This document shows, one piece after another, positions 19,620 through 28,415 of a DNA stretch of 62,070 nt; the first letter of the stretch is position 1; every line of letters begins with the position of its first letter. The stretch covers positions 1-62,070 of the forward strand of contig CAZDVO010000008.1 of NCBI GenBank assembly GCA_964508905.1. Direction: 5' to 3'. This DNA is from an uncultured bacterium. GTDB lineage: Bacteria; Omnitrophota; Omnitrophia; Omnitrophales; Aquincolibacteriaceae. The position numbers and the translations under genes were made by a program. The notes beneath the pieces were generated by a model, which was not told the origin of the DNA, searched no databases, and saw only the letters and a list, made by a program, of their open reading frames with translations.

Positions 19620-19994
19620 GTGGCAAGAATACTGATCGCGGATGATGAACATGACGTAGGGATGATCGTGACGGAGCGGTTGCGTCGGAATGGTCATGAG
19701 GTTGCCTACGCCGAGGATGGCGACCAGGCGATCGCGAGCGTCGAGGCGAAAGCCTATGATCTCTTGATCCTTGATATCCATATGCCCGGGTATACCGGTT
19801 ATCAAGTTTGTCTTCACGCGAAGGGCTCGTCCAAGAACGCGGCAACACCTGTTTTATTGATCAGCGCTTTTCCGGAAGAGAGATCCAAATGGCAGCAAAG
19901 CAAGGCGGATGCTTTTTTGGCGAAGCCTTTTGAAACGGGAAAGTTGATGCTCGCGGTGGAGGCTCTTTTGAAAACGACAGGAGGGACGGCGTGA
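19620..19994 (+). CDS. Single-domain response regulator receiver (GTG start 19620)
   Basis: ILIADDE, LLILDIHMP and FLAKPF motifs; no output domain. Confidence 0.88.
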   Translation: MARILIADDEHDVGMIVTERLRRNGHEVAYAEDGDQAIASVEAKAYDLLILDIHMPGYTGYQVCLHAKGSSKNAATPVLLISAFPEERSKWQQSKADAFLAKPFETGKLMLAVEALLKTTGGTA

Positions 19995-20878
19995 CCAAGG
20001 AGGGGATGGAACAGTACATGGAGCAGGCTCGCCATGCGATCATCCTGTCCGTGGGCGTGGCGCTTTTGTTGACGGTCGTGAAATTTTCGGCGGGCCTTCT
20101 GACCCATTCCATGGCGATCATGGCTTCGGCCCTGGATTCCACACTGGATATGCTGATGTCGGCACTTAATTTTTTTGCGTTCCGGGAGGCCTCGAAACCG
20201 CCCGATGCGGAACACCCTTACGGTCATGGAAAGATCGAGAGCCTTGCGGGTCTTTTTCAAAGCCTTTTTATCGCTGCGAGCGGTTCGTTCGTCATCATTG
20301 AATCTGTCCGACGTCTCGTCCGGGGCAGTTTTGTTGCTGAGATCCCTCTCGGGATCGGAGTGATCGTTTTCTCCGGGATCGTGACCTTGCTGCTCTCTTG
20401 GCGGTTGAAAGTGCTCGCCCGGAAGAACAAGTCGCTGATTCTCGGGACGGAGAAGGCTCACTATGCGATGGATTTTGTCTCGTATGTGGGGGTGATCGTG
20501 GCTCTCGTCCTTGTTGCCCGGACCGGGAATGTTATTTGGGACTTGGTCGTGTCGATCCTGGTGGCGGGGTATATTTTAAAAGAAGCGATCCATATCCTGA
20601 GGCGAGCCGTCTCGGAACTTCTTGATCGGGGCCTTTCCAAGACAGAACTTGCAGCGGTTCGGTTGCTGATCCTGCAACATCATGTCTCGATCGTGGGGGT
20701 CCACAACCTTCGAAGCCGGGTGGTGGGCAATCTTTTGTTCCTCGATTTTCATATTGAGATCCGAGGGGAAGCCGATTTTAAGAAAGCGCATGAAATGACC
20801 GAGTCCCTGATCGACAAGATCAAGGCGCAACACCCGAACGCGGATGTGACGGTCCACTTTGACCCGGAAGGGGAATAG
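19991..20878 (+). CDS. Cation diffusion facilitator (FieF-like)
   Basis: ASALDSTLD, PPDAEHPYGHGKIE, HYAMD and C-terminal VTVHFDP motifs. Confidence 0.93.
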   Translation: MTKEGMEQYMEQARHAIILSVGVALLLTVVKFSAGLLTHSMAIMASALDSTLDMLMSALNFFAFREASKPPDAEHPYGHGKIESLAGLFQSLFIAASGSFVIIESVRRLVRGSFVAEIPLGIGVIVFSGIVTLLLSWRLKVLARKNKSLILGTEKAHYAMDFVSYVGVIVALVLVARTGNVIWDLVVSILVAGYILKEAIHILRRAVSELLDRGLSKTELAAVRLLILQHHVSIVGVHNLRSRVVGNLLFLDFHIEIRGEADFKKAHEMTESLIDKIKAQHPNADVTVHFDPEGE

Positions 20879-20886
20879 GAGCTCTT

Positions 20887-21561
20887 ATGAGAATATTGAT
20901 CATCGAAGACGAAAAGAAAATGGCGAGTTTCCTTGAACGGGGGCTTAAAGAGGAACATTACACCGTTGATATCGCCTACGATGGGGAAAAAGGCTGGGAA
21001 TATGCCATGACCAACGAGTACGATCTTTTGATCGTGGATTGGATGCTCCCCAAGATGAGCGGAGTCGAATTGTGCCATAAGTTCCGGCAAGAGGGGAAAA
21101 TCGTTCCCGTTCTTATCCTCACGGCGAAGGACTCCATCGAGGATAAGATCAAGGGATTGGACCAGGGGGCGGATGATTATCTGACAAAGCCCTTTAGTTT
21201 TGAAGAACTGCTGGCGCGTATCCGGGCGCTCTTGCGTCGCCCTGCCCACTTGACGGACAAGACCGTTCTGCAATGTGCCAATCTGAAACTGGACCTTATC
21301 AAACGTCAGGCTTGGGTCGGGGATCAGGAAGTCTCTCTTTCTCAGAAAGAATTTTCGTTGCTCGAATTTTTGATGCGCCATGCGGGCGAGGTTGTTTCGA
21401 GGACTGCGATCGCGGAACATGTGTGGGACCTTCACTTCGATCCTATGAGCAATACGATCGATGTTTATATCAATTTTCTCCGGAAAAAGATCGGGGAAAC
21501 ACCCTCTAAAAGCAAGATCGAGACCATTCGCGGGACGGGGTACCGGCTCGCTTGTCCATGA
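20887..21561 (+). CDS. OmpR-family response regulator (CusR/CzcR-like)
   Basis: ILIIEDE, DWMLP, GADDYLTKPF, LSQKEFSLLE and IETIRGTGY winged-helix motifs. Confidence 0.95.
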   Translation: MRILIIEDEKKMASFLERGLKEEHYTVDIAYDGEKGWEYAMTNEYDLLIVDWMLPKMSGVELCHKFRQEGKIVPVLILTAKDSIEDKIKGLDQGADDYLTKPFSFEELLARIRALLRRPAHLTDKTVLQCANLKLDLIKRQAWVGDQEVSLSQKEFSLLEFLMRHAGEVVSRTAIAEHVWDLHFDPMSNTIDVYINFLRKKIGETPSKSKIETIRGTGYRLACP

Positions 21562-23042
21562 TCCAACACCGATCTTTCAAGCTCCGTCTCACGCTTGGAT
21601 ACGCGTTCATGATGACGGTGTTCCTTGCCGGTTTTTCATTTCTGATGTATTCCGAACTTTCCCGCGCCCTCTACCGCGATGTTGAACGTAGCCTGTCCGG
21701 CGAGGTGCGGAACATCGAAGAGGGGATCCTGACGGCGTTTCACGACCGCAGGGATCCCCGATTCCTTGAAGTGCCTCCGGTTGAAAAGGGGACGCTGGCT
21801 TTTGCGCCGGATTACCAATTCGAAGTCAGTAAGGTGATCCGGGAATGGGAAAAAAAACAGCGGCGGGTCACGCGGAGCCTTTTTTTGGTGAGGGTGTTGG
21901 GTCTTGATCGTTCACTTATTGGCTCGAATCTCGGAGGCTGGGAACGGGATATCCTGTTCCCTGATTTCGAACGTGATTCAGTTTTTATGGAAAAGGGGGA
22001 GTCTTTTCAGACCATCCATTTTCAAAAGAGCCCGATCCAGCTCTACTATCACCTGGTTCGTTTTCGCGGACGCCCTTTCTTTGTCATTCAGGCGGCCAAA
22101 CCTTTGTATGAGATCGAAAAGACGCTCACGCGGCTCGGTCTTATTATCGCAGTCATCATCCCTCTGGGGGTGGCGCTTTCCTGTTTGGCGGGATGGTTCC
22201 TGGCCAAGCGTTTTCTGAGCCCTGTGGATCGGATGATCCAGCAGGCACGCAAGATCACGGCGGCTTATCTGAAGAGCCGCTTACCGCGAACTTTTACCCA
22301 AGATGAACTGGACCGCCTTGCTGAAACGCTGAACGAAATGATCGATCGCCTGGAATCTTCGACCCGGGCCGTCCAGGAATTCAGTTCGAACGTGTCTCAC
22401 GAATTCAAGACTCCTCTGGCGATCATCCGAGGGGAGATCGATCTCGCGCTTCGGAGAGCCCGTTCCCAGGAAGATCTCCAGAGGACAATCGGAGTGATCA
22501 GTGAAGAGGTGGACGGGCTGATCCGTTTGGTCGATGACCTTATGTTCCTGGTGCGAAGTGATGCCAAACAATTGAGTCTTCAGAAAAAGAACCTGATATT
22601 AGGTCCGATCATTGAACATGTGATCACCCTTTACCGGGAGCGTGCCCGCGAAGCTGGGATCGATCTCAGGTTCAATGCGTCGGCCGACGCGGAGGTCTAT
22701 GGTGATGTGGTCTATTTGAAGCGGCTTTTCACCAATCTGGTAGATAACGCGATCAAATTCACGGAACGGAACGGCAGAGTTTCCGCAACGATCTCTATCC
22801 TTCGTTCGGGTTGGATCACCGCGGTTGTCGAGGATACGGGGGCGGGTATTGATCCAAAGACCCTGGAAAATATCGGGACCCGGTTCTATCGATCGGATCA
22901 TGCTCGAGCAAAAGAGGGAGCCGGTCTTGGGCTCAGCATCGTAAAAGCGATCTGTGAGTCCCATCACGGGGTTCTTCGATTTGAAAGCGATTCGGGCAAG
23001 GGGACTCGCGTTTCCGTGGATTTACCGATAGCGCCACTGTAG
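21558..23042 (+). CDS. Membrane sensor histidine kinase (CusS/CzcS-like), two TM segments plus HAMP-HisKA-HATPase
   Basis: SHEFKTPL H-box, NLVDNAIKF, EDTGAGI and GAGLGLSI motifs; ATGA overlap with the regulator. Confidence 0.95.
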   Translation: MIQHRSFKLRLTLGYAFMMTVFLAGFSFLMYSELSRALYRDVERSLSGEVRNIEEGILTAFHDRRDPRFLEVPPVEKGTLAFAPDYQFEVSKVIREWEKKQRRVTRSLFLVRVLGLDRSLIGSNLGGWERDILFPDFERDSVFMEKGESFQTIHFQKSPIQLYYHLVRFRGRPFFVIQAAKPLYEIEKTLTRLGLIIAVIIPLGVALSCLAGWFLAKRFLSPVDRMIQQARKITAAYLKSRLPRTFTQDELDRLAETLNEMIDRLESSTRAVQEFSSNVSHEFKTPLAIIRGEIDLALRRARSQEDLQRTIGVISEEVDGLIRLVDDLMFLVRSDAKQLSLQKKNLILGPIIEHVITLYRERAREAGIDLRFNASADAEVYGDVVYLKRLFTNLVDNAIKFTERNGRVSATISILRSGWITAVVEDTGAGIDPKTLENIGTRFYRSDHARAKEGAGLGLSIVKAICESHHGVLRFESDSGKGTRVSVDLPIAPL

Positions 23043-23078
23043 GGCCTTTTGCGGGATCAGCGTAGGTCCGATAACCCA

Positions 23079-23137
23079 AATGTTAAAAAATATTTAACAT
23101 TCCTTTAATGCTTCTTTAATGTGATTCCTGCTAGTCT
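23079..23137 (+). promoter_or_regulatory. Promoter with three TTTAA repeats at an 11-bp period, a 9-bp inverted repeat and an extended -10
   Basis: TTTAA at 23093, 23104 and 23115; AATGTTAAA-N5-TTTAACATT (23079-23101); TG-c-TAGTCT (23129-23137). Confidence 0.6.
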
Positions 23138-23215
23138 ATGCACAAGGTCGATCCGGTTAAAAACAAAATAAATTGTGTCAGTTACCAACGTTGCGATTTT
23201 TAAAAGGATTTAAAA

Positions 23216-23560
23216 ATGGAAATCAGCGGACAGTTACTGAGACCTTTCATCGACAAAATGGAAGCGGAATGGCAGGACCTTTACAAGGAGGTTTCTGTTC
23301 ATCCAAGCGATGAGGCTGGCGAACTTCGTCCATCCATTGAGCAACGCATGCGTCAGCTAGAAAAATTCCGTCTTTCTGCTGTTTATTCCGAACAAGATGA
23401 TTCTGCTTTCAAAGAGTTTCCCAACTTGAGGGAAGCCCTTCGCTTTTTGAAGCTTGATCTACGTACGACCCGGCGTAAGTGGCGCCGGCATCTGGTATCG
23501 AAGATTCGTACCCAGAAGCGACAGGAGCGTGCGAACCATGGGCCATCACTTATTGCGTGA
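23216..23560 (+). CDS. Hypothetical protein, 114 aa, predicted helical with a basic C-terminus
   Basis: Open frame after AAGGA and the promoter, overlapping the next gene; no family recognised. Confidence 0.6.
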   Translation: MEISGQLLRPFIDKMEAEWQDLYKEVSVHPSDEAGELRPSIEQRMRQLEKFRLSAVYSEQDDSAFKEFPNLREALRFLKLDLRTTRRKWRRHLVSKIRTQKRQERANHGPSLIA

Positions 23561-24029
23561 GGAGAATATTGTCGCAGGGCTTGAGGCGCGGCATCATGAA
23601 GAGGCGCTTGAAAAGCTCCTCGATGCTTTGCCTCCCTGGGGGCTTCAGGGGATTGACCGCGAAAGGATCCTAAGGCTTCTATGTCTTCGTGAGCAGATCG
23701 GCACGACCGCGATCGGGCAGGGGATCGCACTCCCGCATTGTTGTTCTCCTGAAGTCCTTGAGCCAATCCTCGCTTTGGGCGTGAGCCCTCGAGGGATCCC
23801 TTTTCAATCCCTGGACGGAAAGCCGGTCCATTTTATCTTTCTTTTGATCCTGCCCCAGAACGAAGGTTCCGAGCGCTTGAAGCGGAAGATCTTGCAGAAC
23901 ATCAAGTGGGTCCTTTGTGATCGAGCGATGCAGGAGCGTCTCAAAGCCGCTTCGGATGCCGGCGAGATCTATCGATGTGTCTTTCGAGAGTCAGAACAGG
24001 TCGTGGTCGTTGAGGCTTTGAATACATAG
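23538..24029 (+). CDS. PTS sugar/nitrogen-type EIIA domain protein (PtsN-like)
   Basis: REQIGTTAIGQGIALPHC phospho-His motif, GIPFQSLDGKPV; CAGGAG RBS before ATG 23538. Confidence 0.9.
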   Translation: MGHHLLREENIVAGLEARHHEEALEKLLDALPPWGLQGIDRERILRLLCLREQIGTTAIGQGIALPHCCSPEVLEPILALGVSPRGIPFQSLDGKPVHFIFLLILPQNEGSERLKRKILQNIKWVLCDRAMQERLKAASDAGEIYRCVFRESEQVVVVEALNT

Positions 24030-24234
24030 AACGGATTTTGAAGTAGCAAATTGCCCTGGCATTAGAACGGTTGAAAGGCGGGGGGTCTGACAACTGGTCG
24101 TGCCGGGGCGTTTGTTTTTACCGCGGATAGACGGCGTTTTTGCTCCGATGAAGCGAAATTCCCATGCGAGGTCTGACGCCTTTATTTTGAGCGGATCAAA
24201 GAAAATTTTTTCATCCAAAACAAGATTTTCTTTC

Positions 24235-24262
24235 TTGCTTTCTCATTTGAAAAACGTAAGAT
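24235..24262 (+). promoter_or_regulatory. Possible sigma70 promoter of the ATPase-HIT-HD-GYP operon
   Basis: TTGCTT (24235-24240), 16-nt spacer, TAAGAT (24257-24262). Confidence 0.35.
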
Positions 24263-24433
24263 AGCGACAGCGTTTTACGCGGATTTTACACGGAAAAAAT
24301 TCCGGGCTTTTCGGGTCATGAGCAGGCTTTGGGGACGCAACAGTTCGTTTTAATCCATTATTCATAGTGCTCCAGAAGTCCTCTCTTTTGCTCTCCGCAG
24401 GCGTCCGGTGTTTATAGCGACGGGAATGAAAGC

Positions 24434-26134
24434 ATGCCTTATCTTATGCGAGAAGCCATCCAGGCGCGTTTGCAAAAACGATTGGATGACATGAGCCATG
24501 GCTATCGCCAGAATGTAGGGATCCTCGGTTCTTCGGGGGTCGGCAAGACGCAACTTCTTTGCGACTTTTTTCAGTCGATCTCACGCAATCCCAAGCTTCT
24601 TCCTGTTTACGTCAAAGCGGAAACCATCGATGGTCGGCAACTGATGGAACAGTGGATGGGAGCTGTTTTGAGCGCCGTGATGCTCGACCGAACCCTGAAT
24701 ATCCCGAAAACGCTTGTGGGCCTCACGCGTGAGGCCGAAGCGATCATTCCTAAAACCGTTGTCGCGGTCAAACATTTGGTGCGTTTGCTGCGTCAGGATA
24801 AAAATGCCCTTGCGGTTAAGGAACTTCTTATGCTCGGCGGTACCCTGGCTCGCGAGACGGGCAAACAGGTTGTTTTGATGTTCGATGAATTTCAAGCGCT
24901 TGAGAAACTGCCCGCTTCCGATCCGTTCCTTCTTCTCGGGAAACAGATGATGATCGACAAGGATGTTCTGTATGTCGTGACGAGTTCTGCTCTTGACCGG
25001 GCGAGGGAGATCTTCCGCGAGAAATTGTCGCTTCTTTTCGGCAATTTCGAAATCCTTGAGTTGGCCCCCTTTGGTTTTTTGGAGATGGAACAGTACCTTG
25101 CGACGAGGATGCCCGCCCATCGGTGGTCGATGGAGCTGAAGAAATTCTTGTTCCATATGACCGACGGCGAACCCCTTTATCTGGACCTCCTGTTGCAGCG
25201 TCTCGAGCAGGTGGAGATCCGCGAATTCCCTCAGGATGTCAGCGTTTCCGTGTTGCTGGATGCTTTTTGCCAGGAACTTTTTGACCGGCGCGGACGCATC
25301 GCGCTTCTTTTTGAAAAACGCCTTGAACAATGTTCACATCTTGCAAAATATCATGGAGCGTATGTTCGGGCCATCCTGGCTTTGAGCCATGGGCGCCATA
25401 AACTGATCCCGATCGCGGCTTACATCGAAGAAACGGTTGCTGAAACCCAGAAAGTTCTCAAACATCTCGTGGAAGACGGGTTGGTGGCCAAGAGCGGGAC
25501 GCTTTACCATATTCCGGATTTTTTGTGCCGGTTCTGGCTTCGGGAGGTGTTTCAGAAAAGATTGGGGCTCTTTCTCCCTGAAGAGCGCATTCTTCGAAAG
25601 CATTTGTTCGATGAGTTGAACCGTGTCATGGACCTATGCTCCAAACTGACCGAGGAAGACCTCGGGGCCCGGGTCGAGTCTCTCCTCAAAGAATTTCGTA
25701 ATGAAAATGTGGAGATCGACCAGAAGAAGGTCCTCTGCCCGCAGTTTTCAGAAGTGCTCCTAACGCGGCACCTGCAGCATTCGATCTTTTCGCTGACGGG
25801 GCGCGGAACGAAAGGTCGGTGGCTTTTTTATTTGAGCCAGGAGTGGCTTGGCGAGGCCGAAGCGGAAACAATCGTGGCGAGTGCCGGTCGCCTTCGCAAG
25901 ATCCAGAGAAAGATCCTGATCCCGCTGGGGGGGATCGATGAGAATGCCCGATTGATCGCCCAAGAGGCGAAGATGCAACTTTGGGATATCCGTCAACTGA
26001 ACGCGTTGCTCGACCTTTACGATCTTCCGAAGATCATTCTGCCGTCCCATCGAGGAAACCATGAACCTGAAGAGATCTATGCACAGAATGTGGGCCCCGT
26101 GGCGCAAGACCTACCTGCGCTCGAGCTCCGCTAA
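24434..26134 (+). CDS. P-loop ATPase (archaeal-ATPase/ATPase_2-like) with winged helix and a degenerate restriction-endonuclease-like C-terminal domain
   Basis: GSSGVGKT Walker A, VVLMFDEFQ Walker B, TDGEPLYL; C-terminal GGIDENARLIAQEAKMQLWDIRQL. Confidence 0.75.
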   Translation: MPYLMREAIQARLQKRLDDMSHGYRQNVGILGSSGVGKTQLLCDFFQSISRNPKLLPVYVKAETIDGRQLMEQWMGAVLSAVMLDRTLNIPKTLVGLTREAEAIIPKTVVAVKHLVRLLRQDKNALAVKELLMLGGTLARETGKQVVLMFDEFQALEKLPASDPFLLLGKQMMIDKDVLYVVTSSALDRAREIFREKLSLLFGNFEILELAPFGFLEMEQYLATRMPAHRWSMELKKFLFHMTDGEPLYLDLLLQRLEQVEIREFPQDVSVSVLLDAFCQELFDRRGRIALLFEKRLEQCSHLAKYHGAYVRAILALSHGRHKLIPIAAYIEETVAETQKVLKHLVEDGLVAKSGTLYHIPDFLCRFWLREVFQKRLGLFLPEERILRKHLFDELNRVMDLCSKLTEEDLGARVESLLKEFRNENVEIDQKKVLCPQFSEVLLTRHLQHSIFSLTGRGTKGRWLFYLSQEWLGEAEAETIVASAGRLRKIQRKILIPLGGIDENARLIAQEAKMQLWDIRQLNALLDLYDLPKIILPSHRGNHEPEEIYAQNVGPVAQDLPALELR

Positions 26135-26603
26135 GCGATCCGGCTGCCTTTTTTGTTCGCTCCTTCGCGACAAAAAAGACAAACGCAACCTCGTCCTCTT
26201 TCGCACTTCCCATCACGCCGTGATCCTGAACCGTTACCCCTACAACAACGGTCATCTGATGATCGTTCCACGCCGGCACATTGCTTGCCTTTCTCAATTG
26301 AATGAGGCTGAAAAAAGGGAGTTCTTTGATGTGCTTGAGACCGTGCGTAAGGCGCTTGTGGCGGCCATGAAGCCTCAAGGGTTTAATTTGGGAATGAACA
26401 TCGCCGATGTGGCGGGGGCTGGCGTGCCGGATCATTTGCATTGGCATATCGTTCCGCGATGGAAGGGGGATGTGAATTTTATGCCGGTTCTGAATGGAAC
26501 GAAAGTAATCTCCGAATCCCTGGATTCGGCGTATGATGTGCTGACGGCCGCGTTGGCCGGAAAGATCCAAAAGCGTTCCCGAAAAGTCTCAAGGAAAAAA
26601 TGA
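26079..26603 (+). CDS. HIT-family hydrolase (Ap4A phosphorylase-like); probable start MHRMWAPWR
   Basis: MWAPWR, CLFC, LNRYPYNNGHLMIVP, AGAGVPDHLHWHIVPRW motifs. Confidence 0.93.
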   Translation: MHRMWAPWRKTYLRSSSAKRSGCLFCSLLRDKKDKRNLVLFRTSHHAVILNRYPYNNGHLMIVPRRHIACLSQLNEAEKREFFDVLETVRKALVAAMKPQGFNLGMNIADVAGAGVPDHLHWHIVPRWKGDVNFMPVLNGTKVISESLDSAYDVLTAALAGKIQKRSRKVSRKK

Positions 26604-28198
26604 CGTCGATGGGGAGTGCCTCAGAAAATAAAGCCTCGAAATTGCCAAAGCGGGTCCTCACCCCGCTCGAGCGATTCCTGCTGCCGAATCCGCAGTGGCA
26701 AGAAGGCTATGAATCTTTTTCCGAGATATTTGGGAAGCCCGTCGGTTGGATCGTCCTTTGCGAGGAAAGCGGAAAACAACGTCTGATCCGTTTGGACCGC
26801 AAGCAGAATTGCCCTTTTTTTGCGAAGTCCGCCGAGCACCAGCGCGAATGTGATGCGTTCCTGGCCAAGTTTACGGGGCAACTGGCGCAGAACGCGGCGA
26901 CCGCCGAGCGCCTGCCTCTTTTCTATCGCTGTGCTTTTGGAAAAAGCTGCATCGTTTACCCGCTCCGGTATCTTGGCGCCTTGAAAGGATTTTTGATCTT
27001 CTGCTGCGTAAAGCGTTCCGAACGCGAGATCCGGCCGCTGATGGCGCCCTTCGGTTATTTTCTCGCCAGCCAGGTCGAACTGGCCTTTAAGAATTTTGAA
27101 CTGAATAATTTTTACGAGACCGTGCATCCCCGGGCGCTTGCGCTTTCTACGATGCATTCGGTCCACCGGGTCATTAATTCATCATTGCGTTTGAAAGAGT
27201 TACTTCCGCGCATAGGACGGCTCAGCGCCCAGATCCTCAAGGCACAGGGATGTTCGATCATGTTGACCGATCCTGAACGGCAATACCTGAATCCGTTCTT
27301 TTCGGTCGGGCATCATGTCAAATTCGTGCACAAACAGCGTGTGAGGTTCGGCCGGGGGCTTGAGGGCCACATTGCGGAAACGGGGGAGTTCTGCCTTGAG
27401 AATCGTTATATCGCCGTGCCGTTCATCGAGGATGATGTGGTGGGTGTCATGACGCTTTGGGGGAAGGCGGACCACCAGAACTTTACGCGAACGGATCTGG
27501 AGATCCTGAAGTCCCTTTCAGAACAGGCCGTTGTGGCGATCAAGAATGCGCAACTTTTTGAACGCACCGAAGAACTGACCTTGGGCAGCATCAAGACCAT
27601 CAATGAGCTGATGAAGCGGCATTTTGGTGAGAAACAGTCCAATCTCGACATTATCGGCGAAATGGTGATTGCGGTCGGGAAGCAGATGGAATTGCCGGGA
27701 GGAGAATTGGTGCATTTGGAGCGGGCGATCCTTCTGCTTGATACCGGTCAGCTTGCGTTCCCGGAACGTGCATGGCAGAAAAAAGAAAAATTGACCCGGA
27801 AGGAATTAGAAGAGATCCGGAGTATTCCGATCCGCGGAGCGAATCTCTTGCGTTCGATCAGCTCCTTGAAACCGGTGCTTCCGATCGTGATGTACCGCCA
27901 TGAACGCTATGACGGGAAAGGGTATCCGCAGGGTCTTAAGGGGGAAGAGATCCCCATGGGCGCCCGGATCGTGGCTGTAGCAGATTCTTTTATGGCGATG
28001 ATCTCCCACAGGCACTATCGTCAGCAATTGACGGTTAAGGAAGCGTTGGAAGAGATCCTGAAACATAAAGGGACGCAATTCGACCCGGGAGTCGTGGATG
28101 CGTTCTTAAAGGTCATGAAGGACCGCGATCTTTTGGCAAAAGTAGAACTTTCCGTTAAAAATGACAGGCAGGACGAAAAGAACGCATCGGAGGTTTGA
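26600..28198 (+). CDS. PocR-like/GAF/HD-GYP signalling protein with degenerate metal ligands
   Basis: N-terminal Cys-containing PocR-like region, a GAF segment (LKSLSEQAVVAIKNAQLFE), HERYDGKGYP and ARIVAVADSF; the HD site reads LD. Confidence 0.85.
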   Translation: MTSMGSASENKASKLPKRVLTPLERFLLPNPQWQEGYESFSEIFGKPVGWIVLCEESGKQRLIRLDRKQNCPFFAKSAEHQRECDAFLAKFTGQLAQNAATAERLPLFYRCAFGKSCIVYPLRYLGALKGFLIFCCVKRSEREIRPLMAPFGYFLASQVELAFKNFELNNFYETVHPRALALSTMHSVHRVINSSLRLKELLPRIGRLSAQILKAQGCSIMLTDPERQYLNPFFSVGHHVKFVHKQRVRFGRGLEGHIAETGEFCLENRYIAVPFIEDDVVGVMTLWGKADHQNFTRTDLEILKSLSEQAVVAIKNAQLFERTEELTLGSIKTINELMKRHFGEKQSNLDIIGEMVIAVGKQMELPGGELVHLERAILLLDTGQLAFPERAWQKKEKLTRKELEEIRSIPIRGANLLRSISSLKPVLPIVMYRHERYDGKGYPQGLKGEEIPMGARIVAVADSFMAMISHRHYRQQLTVKEALEEILKHKGTQFDPGVVDAFLKVMKDRDLLAKVELSVKNDRQDEKNASEV

Positions 28199-28200
28199 TC

Positions 28201-28383
28201 GTGTCAAAAATCAAGATTGAAATTCGAAAGCCTCAATATCTCGGCGAGCAGGGGTCGGGAGTTGCACCCAAGGCTGGCGGCCAGGGGGGCGAGACCCCCT
28301 TTTTCTTCCGTCTGCTGCTCGTGGCGTCCTACGCGCTGTCGGGCCTGGCGATCTGGTACGTCTTTCAGAGATTTGCTAACTGA
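28201..28383 (+). CDS. Small single-pass membrane protein (about 60 aa)
   Basis: GGAGG RBS at 28189-28193 before GTG 28201; a hydrophobic C-terminal helix; fills the gap between two genes. Confidence 0.5.
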   Translation: MSKIKIEIRKPQYLGEQGSGVAPKAGGQGGETPFFFRLLLVASYALSGLAIWYVFQRFAN

Positions 28384-28415
28384 TTTCTAAAAGAGTCTGT
28401 TCGAAGGAGTTGTTC

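Noticed and set aside
24284-24360. Possible c-di-GMP-I riboswitch (GGAAAA ... GGGACGCAA)
   Set aside because: There is no GGCAAA match and no convincing P2 or P3 stems by eye; an Rfam scan would be needed to revive it.
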